Assembly: GCA_000090985.2 (NCBI GenBank)
Contig: CP001330.1
Span: forward strand, 974,335 to 1,006,334
Reading direction: 5' to 3'
DNA: 32,000 bases
Origin: Micromonas sp.
Taxonomy: Eukaryota
The stretch's first letter is position 1; each line of letters begins with the position of its first letter. Of the stretch, positions 15,221 to 21,834 are shown piece by piece. A model generated the notes under the pieces. It did no database searches. It had not been told where the DNA came from and saw nothing but the letters and a program-made list of their open reading frames with translations. The position numbers and the translations under genes were made by a program.

Positions 15221-15449
15221 TGCGCACCGTCCAGCGAGACCCGCTGTTCGCCACCGAGGCTAGCTAGTGACGAGTGGTGGGCACCCCCGCGCGAGTGTTT
15301 ATTTCAAAACCGCGCCAGCTGTGTCGTCGCCGCGTCGTGGTTGCCAAGACCCGGCGTTCTCTTCGTCGGGTCGCGTCACTCCGCGGCGCGCCGCCGAGAG
15401 CCCGCGCGCCGCCCCTCTCCCTTTCCCAGCGCCGCGCGGGACGCGAGAG
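15221..15449. promoter_or_regulatory. Shared 229-bp divergent promoter of RAD1 and MSH5
   Basis: This is the head-to-head spacer between the start codons at 15220 (-) and 15450 (+). It contains the palindrome CTAGCTAG at 15260..15267. No canonical E2F or TATA element was recognised. Confidence 0.45.
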
Positions 15450-17987
15450 ATGCCGCCGCGCGTCGACCCCACCGGAAGGCGCGCGGCGACCGCGGACGCC
15501 GACGCCGACGACGCGGGAGACGGACGCGACCCGGCGGTGGACTCCGCGCGCGTGTTCATGTCGTTCGTTGCGGACGCGTCGAGGTTCGGCGCGGCGGTGT
15601 ACGATCGCGACGCGAACGCGATCGAGACGGTCGAGGTGCGCGCGATGCGCCCCGACGCGCCCGCCGGGCGTCCGCTCGCCGATGCCCCGCCTCCCTCGCC
15701 CGGCCGTCTTCTCCCTCCTCTTCTCACACCCCGACCACGAACCTCCTCCCGCCCTCCCAGGGCTACCTCGACGACGACCTCGTGCTCCTGAGGCTGCTGC
15801 TCGTGTCGCACGAGCCCGACGTCGTCTTCGTGCCCATACGCGTCGTGGGAACCAAGGACGGGGGATCGAGGCGCGCGAACGCCATCCTCGACGCCCTCAC
15901 CGAGCGCGGCTCCACCGCCGACGACGACGACGACCGCGAAGGCAACCGCGCGGAACACGACGACGACGACGACGACGACGACGACCGCGCGGAAGAAGGC
16001 CGCCGCGCTCCGCGTCGCGCCGACGAAGACGGAAGCCGTCTCCGCAGGGCCATCGTGCCCCTCCCCGCGCACGCCTTCGACCGCATCGACGCCTGCGTCG
16101 GCGCGATACGCGAGGCGTGCGCGCTCCCGGACGACGCCGCCGTCAACGCCAGGGTCGCCCTCGACGCGCCGCTCCAGGTCGCAGCCGCTGGAGCGCTGTG
16201 CGCCGCGCTCCTGGCGAGAGACGTGGTGTTGACAAAAAACAGGACGCGTCAACGACGGGGATCGAACGTGGGACCGAACGGGGGCGACGACGGGGAAGAA
16301 GAAGAAGATAAACGAGCAGCGCACGGCGTCCGAGTGGACCTCGGGGGCACGGGCGGCGGCGGGTCGTGGCGCACCGGGACGCACTCCACGCACGATCCCG
16401 CGGATATTCGAGAGATGTCACTGGGCGGGTACCTACGCATCGACGACGCCGCGAGGGTGGCGCTCGGGATCGAGAGACTCGAGTCCCACCCGTCGCAGTA
16501 CGTCGGCTGCGGCAAGGAGTGGGGCTTATTCGCGCTCGCGGCGGACGCGTGCGTGACACCCGCGGGGCGGCGGACTGTGCGAAATTGGTTTCGCCGACCG
16601 ACGTTGAACCTTCAAAGTTTGAACGATCGCCTCGACGGCGTGGAGTACTTCAAAGACAACCCGGGGGTGCGCGATGACATGCGCGCCATCGCCAGACGGG
16701 GCAGGGACGCGCACGCGGTGCTCGCGTCGATGTCCGCGCGCGTGGACAAGGCGACGCGAGGGGTCGGGGAATGGCGCAGGCTCCACGCGTTTTTGCGATC
16801 CGCTCGCGACTTGCTGGAGTACGTCGAGGAGAGGTTCGTGACGCTCAGGGGTGGGCGGGTCGTGCGGGATGCGCCGCCGTGCGTCGCGCGGTTCATCGCC
16901 GTCGGCGTCGGGGTGCGGGAGCTCGGGCGCGTCATCGCCTCGTGCGTCCACGTCGACGCGCCGCCTCGTCGGGGACGGAGAGCCGATGAGATCAACGATT
17001 TCGACACACCAGCTGGCGAAGATTTCGCAAACGCGGGAGCACACGCAAACACGGGGGGGTTCCCCGCCGCGAGCACGTACGTCCCGTCCGTCAGATCCGG
17101 CGTCTGCGTCGACCTGGACGACGCCCGGGAGATGTACCGACGCCTTCCGGACCTTCTGGAAAAGGTTCGAGAAACAATCGTTCGCGAGATCCCGAGGGTC
17201 CTGAGGGGCCGCGGCGTTGAGGATAACCTCTCGGTGGTGTACCTGCCAAAGACGGGTTTCATGCTGAGGTGCGTCGGCCGCGCGCTCCCGCCGGACATCG
17301 CCGACGAACTCGGCGAGTGCGAGTTCGCCTTTGACAAGTCATCAGACGAGCCTGAACTCGCACTCGCCGCGGACTTTCCCTTGGGCCCGGAAGGAATCCA
17401 AAGCTCCAGGTACTCTGCGTATTACTTCACCGCCGCGACGCGAGAGCTGAGCGACGCCGTCGGCGACGTCCTGTCCGACGTCCACGACCTGGAGGCTTCC
17501 ATCCTGCGCGACCTTCGGAGGAGGGTGCTGAGTAACTCGAGGTTGCTGCGGGACGTCGCGTCGTGCGTGGCGGAGATGGACGCGACGATGTCGCTCGCCG
17601 CGTTTACGTCTTCGGGAAATATGCGTCGACCTATTTTACACGACGGCACCGAGATGAACGTCGTCGGCGCCAGGCACCCGCTGCAGGAGGCGACGCGCGC
17701 GCCAGAGTGCGGGGCGATCGTCCCGAACGATTTCCGATGCGGCGGGTGGGGGACGAACGACGGTTCGAACGGACCGGGCGGTGAGTCACCGGGCGGTGAC
17801 TCACCGGGCGCTTTGTCCAGCGGGCGCATCGCCGTCGTCACCGGTCCGAACCAGTCGGGGAAGAGCGTGTACCTCAAATCAATCGCCGCGTGCGTTTTCC
17901 TGGCGCACGTCGGTTCCTTCGTCCCGGCGGAGAGCGCGTTCATACCCCTGGTGGACCGCGTGTTCACCCGAGTGGGCGCGTCGCGCG

Positions 17988-18018
<31 letters not shown>

Positions 18019-18307
18019 GTCCTTCGCCGCGGATTGCGCGCGGGTGTCGCAGATGTGCAACGGTTGCACCGGTCGGTCGCTGTGCGTCGTCGACGAGTTC
18101 GGCAAGGGGACCGCGACGGCGGACGGCGTCGGGTTGCTGGCGGGGTTCCTGAGGTATCTCGCGCGTTCGCCGACGCCGCCGATCGCGCTCGTCGCCACGC
18201 ACTTCACGGAGTTTGTCCGCGACGAATCAATCGTGCCGACGACGATGAGGCCGATGCAGTTTCTGACGATGCGAATCCACCTGCGCTCGCGTGCCCCGGC
18301 GGCGGCG

Positions 18308-18338
<31 letters not shown>

Positions 18339-18787
18339 AACGCCGCGCGAAGGGGGGAAACGGCGGGAAAGAACCGGCGGGAAAGCGACGAAAGGGCGGC
18401 TGCTGCGACGGGTCATCCGAAGCGCCTGGGTACCGTTCGGCGGGCGAGGACGACTCGGTGGTTTTCCTCTACCGCGCCGTTCCCGGCGTATCGTCGAGGG
18501 CGTACTCGCTGAGGTGCGCGCGCGACGCGGGGCTGCCCGGTTCGGTGCTCGCGAGGTGCGAGGAGCTGGCGGCGATCGACGCGGCGAACGGCGCGGGGGT
18601 CGGCGGCGAAAGGGGAACGAACACAGCTGTGGTCCGCTTGGCGCCCGCGGCTGGCGCGAAGGCGGCGCGCGCGCGCGGGGCGGCGAGGGACCGCGCGGTC
18701 GTCGCCGCGCTCGCGGGTTTGGACCCGACGTGTTCGTTCGAGGACGCGCGCGCGGCGATCGCGGAGGTGACGCGACGAGACGTGTGA
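15450..18787 (+). CDS. MSH5: MutS homolog 5 (meiotic crossover MutS-gamma subunit)
   Basis: Model is join(15450..15635,15761..18787). Exon 1 is MPPRVDP...RVFMSFVADASRFGAAVYDRDANAIETVE (GC3 about 92%). Exon 2 is GYLDDDLVLLRLLLVSHEPDVVFVP... Matches to human MSH5: SHPSQYVGCGKEWGLFALAADACVTPAGRRTVRNWFRRPTLNLQSLNDRLDGVEYF vs [53 protein letters not shown]; Walker A VVTGPNQSGKSVYLKSIAACVFLAHVGSFVPAE; VFTRVGAS; Walker B VVDEFGKGTATADGVGLLAG; and VVFLYRAVPGVSSRAYSLRCARDAGLP. The upstream 1.4 kb of track ORF 14060..18787 is antisense to RAD1 and is not coding. Confidence 0.9.
15636..15760 (+). other. Intron 1 of MSH5 (125 nt)
   Basis: Donor is GAG|GTGCGCGCG at 15636. It is the only GT in the interval that is in phase with the exon-2 frame. 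Acceptor is CCCTCCCAG| (AG at 15759-15760), preceded by a long C/T tract and TTCTCAC. It switches the reading frame from frame 3 to frame 2 as required. Confidence 0.75.
17774..17810 (+). repeat. 15-bp palindromic in-frame tandem repeat (CCGGGCGGTGA[G/C]TCA x2.5)
   Basis: Sequence is CCGGGCGGTGAGTCA CCGGGCGGTGACTCA CCGGGCG, encoding PGGESPGGDSPGA. The core CGGTGA-N-TCACCG is a 13-nt palindrome. The 19-mer GGCGGTGAGTCACCGGGCG (17777..17795) recurs exactly at 23845..23863. Confidence 0.85.
17990..18016 (+). repeat. Perfect (GGC)9 microsatellite inside the MSH5 ATPase domain
   Basis: Read directly from the sequence. With the next GGG codon it encodes G10, between FTRVGASRD and SFAADCARV (between Walker A and Walker B). 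Confidence 0.9.
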
Positions 18788-18788
18788 T

Positions 18789-18832
18789 TGATCGGGGGCG
18801 GGTGATCGGGGGCGGGTGATTTGGGCGGGCGG
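18789..18832 (+). repeat. G-rich 14-bp tandem repeat directly after the MSH5 stop codon
   Basis: Sequence is TGATCGGGGGCGGG x2 followed by TGATTTGGGCGGGCGG. It has six G-runs of 3 nt or more within 44 nt on the mRNA-sense strand. Confidence 0.8.
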
Positions 18833-19101
18833 TTTTGACGACGGGCGGCGGTGATGACGGGCGGTGGACGGTGCGCGCGGACGGTGAACCGGTTGACGAC
18901 GACGTCGGCGTTGACGAACACGAACAGACGTGAGCGAAGAGACTGAGACACCGTCGGTTGATCCACGGATCGTCGTTGCTTTTTCTCCTCGCGGGTACCG
19001 GGTACTTGCGGCCAGCTCCTGGAGATCACGGGGAGCGGCGCAGCTCAAGCTCACGAGCGACAGGTAGCAGCACGATTCCACGATTTTACGAGCACACAAT
19101 T

Positions 19102-21372
19102 TTACAAGTTCACAAGAAAGGTCACGCACGCGAGTAGCAGTGCGCCGAGGAGATCACGCGGCGCGTGTGCCGCGTCGTCGTCGTCGGTGACGAGCTTTGG
19201 AGGAGGCGGAGGCGGTGGCGGAGGCGGGACTGGAGATGCGGAGGAGTTCGCCGATGAGGAAGGGTTCGCCGGTGAGGAAGGGTTCGCCGGCGAGGAAGGG
19301 TTCGCCGGTGAGGATGAGTTCGCAGTGCAAGCTGCTGTGTCGGTAAGTGTGCCGGCGCTGCAGGACCTGGTGCCGGACAGGACGTAGCCGGAGTCGCAGC
19401 TGGGGGTGCACGACGAGCCACTCGCCAAAGAGCTGGTGCAGTCGCCGACAGCGCCGTTTACCGGCAGCGAAGATGCATCGCACGGGTTTGGGGAGCACGT
19501 TGCGCTCGTCAGCACCCTGTCCGTGCACGACGTGACGCCCTGCAGCGCGTACCCGGGGTTGCACGTGGGGACGCAAGAATGAAAGTCGGAAAGCGTTTCG
19601 TACACCCCCACGCCGTCCGCATTTAAGGGCGCGAAGATGATCTTGCCGTTGCTCGCCGCCGCGGCTCCGTCGAATTTTTCGTCAGAAGAGATGGTGGCAC
19701 TGATGTCCACCAGCGCGAAGCTGTTGTCGCTCGGGTCGAACACCCCCACGCCGTCCGCATTGAAGGGCGCGAAGATGATCTTGCCGTTGCTCGCCGCCGC
19801 GGCTCCCATGAATTTCGAGTTAGAAGAGACGTTGGCGCTGATGTCCACCGGTATGTTGAAGCTGTGGTCGCTCGGGTCGAACACCCCCACGCCGTACGCC
19901 TTGTAGGGCGCGAAGATGATCTTGCCGTTGCTCGCCGCCGCGGCTCCCGTGAATTTATAGTCATAAGAGAGAGAGGGGCTGATGTCCACCAGTGGTTTGA
20001 ACGGTTGGACGTTGTCGCTCGGGTCGAACACCCCCACGCCGTCCGCATTGTAGGGCGCGAAGATGATCTTGCCGTTGCTCGCCGCCGCGGCTCCCCTGAA
20101 TTTCGAGTTAGAAAAGATGGTGATGTCCACAAGTGCGGTGCTGTTGTTGCTCGGATCGAACACCCCCACGCCGTCCGCATTGTAGGGCGCGAAGATGATC
20201 TTGCCGTTGCTCGCCGCCGCGGCTCCCATGAATTTGAAGGTTGAAGAGATGGTGGCACTGATGTCCACCAGCGCGAAGCTGTTGTCGCTCGGGTCGAACA
20301 CCCCCACGCCGTCCGCATTGAAGGGCGCGAAGATGATCTTGCCGTTGCTCGCCGCCGCGGCTCCCGAGAATTTGTAGTCAGAAGAGATGGTGGCACTGAT
20401 GTTTACCAGCGCGAAGCTGTTGTCGCTCGGGTCGAACACCCCCACGCCGTCCGCATTTAAGGGCGCGAAGATGATCTTGCCGTTGCTCGCCGCCGCGGCT
20501 CCCGAGAATTTCCGGTCAGGATAGATGCTGGAGCCAATGTCCACCAACGAAAAAATGGGTGATCCGCGGGACCATAAAGTATCGGTGCAGTTGCCGAAGT
20601 CGCCGTTGAGGGGCGGGGCGGATGCATCGCAAGCGTTGTCTTTGCGAACCCATGCGGCGGGTGGACCATCGGTTGAGCCTGCCGAGCTCGAGAACGACGT
20701 GAACTCGCTGCAGGCGGAGTGGGAACTGCCAGAACCACAGTTCGTGTATCTCGCTTGCCAGGCGGTGGCGCTATTGAACATGGACCCCATGCTCAAGACC
20801 TTGGAGGTATCCCACGAGCCGATGGCTTGATTGAACGCGGCGGCGCCACGGAACATGTACGCCATGCTCGTGACCTGCGAGGTATCCCACGAGCCGATGG
20901 GTTGATTGAACGCGGCGGCGCCATAGAACATGGACCTCATGTCCGTGACCTGCGAGGTATCCCACGAGCCGATGGCTTGATTGAACGCGGCGGCGTCTCG
21001 GAACATGATACCCATGCCCGTGACCTTGGAGGTATCCCATGAGCCGATGTCTTCGTTGAATGAGCTCGAGTCAAAGGCGACGCCCCCGCACGACGAACTG
21101 GGACAGAACAAGTAGGACATGTCCGTCACGAGGCTCGTGTCCCAGCTGGGCATGTCGTCGCACCCCGCGGCGCCGCATCGCGCCGAGCTCGGGTTCGCGC
21201 AGTTCGGGTCCGTCGAGCAGCATTTGGCCCCCGATGTGACGTTCCCCAAGCAATTTCTTACCGCCGTCTTGAGCGCGTCTCCGTCCGCGAACGGCGCGGC
21301 GACCGCCCCGGGCATGCGCGTGCAACACACGACGCATAACGCGATAAACGCGCGGGACCGTGAGATCCGCAT
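19102..21372 (-). CDS. Secreted or membrane-anchored repeat protein: BspA/DUF285-type LRRs + Cys-rich modules + 7 propeller-like repeats + Pro-rich stalk
   Basis: Single 756-aa ORF with ATG at 21372 and TAA at 19102. It has a signal peptide ([26 protein letters not shown]). It has 25-aa repeats of the form IGSWDTS.VT.M..MF..AAAFNQ. It has seven repeats of the form [31 protein letters not shown]. It has CxxCxxGY Cys modules, (PANPSS)4, Pro11, and a hydrophobic C-terminus [16 protein letters not shown] (TM or GPI signal). Confidence 0.8.
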   Translation of the reverse strand: MRISRSRAFIALCVVCCTRMPGAVAAPFADGDALKTAVRNCLGNVTSGAKCCSTDPNCANPSSARCGAAGCDDMPSWDTSLVTDMSYLFCPSSSCGGVAFDSSSFNEDIGSWDTSKVTGMGIMFRDAAAFNQAIGSWDTSQVTDMRSMFYGAAAFNQPIGSWDTSQVTSMAYMFRGAAAFNQAIGSWDTSKVLSMGSMFNSATAWQARYTNCGSGSSHSACSEFTSFSSSAGSTDGPPAAWVRKDNACDASAPPLNGDFGNCTDTLWSRGSPIFSLVDIGSSIYPDRKFSGAAAASNGKIIFAPLNADGVGVFDPSDNSFALVNISATISSDYKFSGAAAASNGKIIFAPFNADGVGVFDPSDNSFALVDISATISSTFKFMGAAAASNGKIIFAPYNADGVGVFDPSNNSTALVDITIFSNSKFRGAAAASNGKIIFAPYNADGVGVFDPSDNVQPFKPLVDISPSLSYDYKFTGAAAASNGKIIFAPYKAYGVGVFDPSDHSFNIPVDISANVSSNSKFMGAAAASNGKIIFAPFNADGVGVFDPSDNSFALVDISATISSDEKFDGAAAASNGKIIFAPLNADGVGVYETLSDFHSCVPTCNPGYALQGVTSCTDRVLTSATCSPNPCDASSLPVNGAVGDCTSSLASGSSCTPSCDSGYVLSGTRSCSAGTLTDTAACTANSSSPANPSSPANPSSPANPSSSANSSASPVPPPPPPPPPPKLVTDDDDAAHAPRDLLGALLLACVTFLVNL
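19247..19318 (-). repeat. 18-bp tandem repeat x4 (encodes the PANPSS stalk)
   Basis: Plus strand reads TTCGCCGATGAGGAAGGG, TTCGCCGGTGAGGAAGGG, TTCGCCGGCGAGGAAGGG, TTCGCCGGTGAGGATGAG. Confidence 0.9.
19597..20550 (-). repeat. Seven coding tandem repeats of 132-147 bp (44-49 aa blades)
   Basis: The anchor CCCCCACGCC recurs at 19605, 19743, 19884, 20031, 20163, 20301 and 20439. A 42-nt core GGGCGCGAAGATGATCTTGCCGTTGCTCGCCGCCGCGGCTCC (plus strand) is identical in all seven copies. Confidence 0.9.
20758..21156 (-). repeat. BspA/DUF285-type leucine-rich repeats, period 75 bp (about 5 units)
   Basis: GGTATCCCACGAGCCGATGG(C/G)TTGATTGAACGCGGCGGCG recurs about every 75 bp on the plus strand. The protein units are [75 protein letters not shown] and [22 protein letters not shown], preceded by a degenerate unit [16 protein letters not shown]. 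Confidence 0.85.
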
Positions 21373-21834
21373 CCCCCGGGCTCGATCGTCCCCGGGGCGC
21401 TCGCGGCGGTGCGTTCCAGCGTCGACGCGAGGACTTCTTGACCAGCCCTGATTTCTCGGCGGAACCGCCCACTGGCGCGGACTGGCCCGAGGTGCCCGCG
21501 GGTTGCGTGAGCCCAGTTGCGTAGAGCAGTCGAGAGATCAGCTTTGGACGGGAGCGAGGTCACTTGTTCCGGGTACTCGTGGTCCGCGCCGAGGCGCCGG
21601 GGGTCTTTCGAACGCCGCCCCTCGGGTCGCTCCACGCGAAACAGCGCGCGCGATCGCCGCGCGAGACGCACGCGCGGCGCATCAACCCCCACGGCGCGAC
21701 CGAATCGCCGCGCGTCCGGGCGCCGACGCGCAGGGCTCGGGCCATTTTGAATCTATAGACTACCCCTCGTAGCTAGGAGACCTTCGGTCGACGCGCTTCC
21801 GGCCGGTGGCTCGTTCGCATCGCCGGCGTCGACG
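21373..21834. promoter_or_regulatory. Divergent promoter region between the repeat-protein gene and AMP deaminase
   Basis: A 462-bp spacer separates the head-to-head start codons at 21372 (-) and 21835 (+). TAGCTAG lies at 21770..21776, about 60 nt upstream of the AMPD ATG. Confidence 0.4.

Noticed and set aside
14060-15449. The 5' 1.4 kb of the largest ORF in the track (14060..18787 +, 1575 aa), which would make a giant protein overlapping RAD1
   Set aside because: This part is Arg/Pro/His-rich nonsense antisense to a well-conserved RAD1 CDS. The MSH5 homology only begins at 15761 and is preceded by a properly biased exon in another frame (15450..15635). The open frame is a by-product of high GC, which makes stop codons rare.
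17781-17820. GGTGAGT...TTTGTCCAG within MSH5 as a real 40-nt intron
   Set aside because: It is too short and has no branch site or pyrimidine tract. Removing 40 nt would break the frame just upstream of the Walker A motif, which is read correctly without splicing.
18845-18950. Box C/D-like arrangement in the MSH5 3' region (GUGAUGA at about 18851, CUGA at 18942..18945, about 95 nt apart)
   Set aside because: There is no adjacent terminal stem, only an offset 5-bp pairing. The interior is very GC-rich. The sequence upstream of the D box (GACGUGAGCGAAGAGA) matches no rRNA segment I can recall. It is probably a chance co-occurrence.
19102-19106. TGTAA overlapping the stop codon of the repeat-protein gene (TTG TAA) as a poly(A) signal
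   Set aside because: It would imply an almost non-existent 3' UTR. It is more likely coincidental, because TAA is the stop codon.
19597-20550. Regularly spaced near-identical 42-60-nt blocks that could superficially resemble a CRISPR array or satellite
   Set aside because: The period varies (132-147 bp) in multiples of 3. The 'spacers' are themselves homologous. The whole array is one uninterrupted reading frame encoding a blade-like protein repeat in a eukaryotic genome. There is no leader and there are no cas genes.
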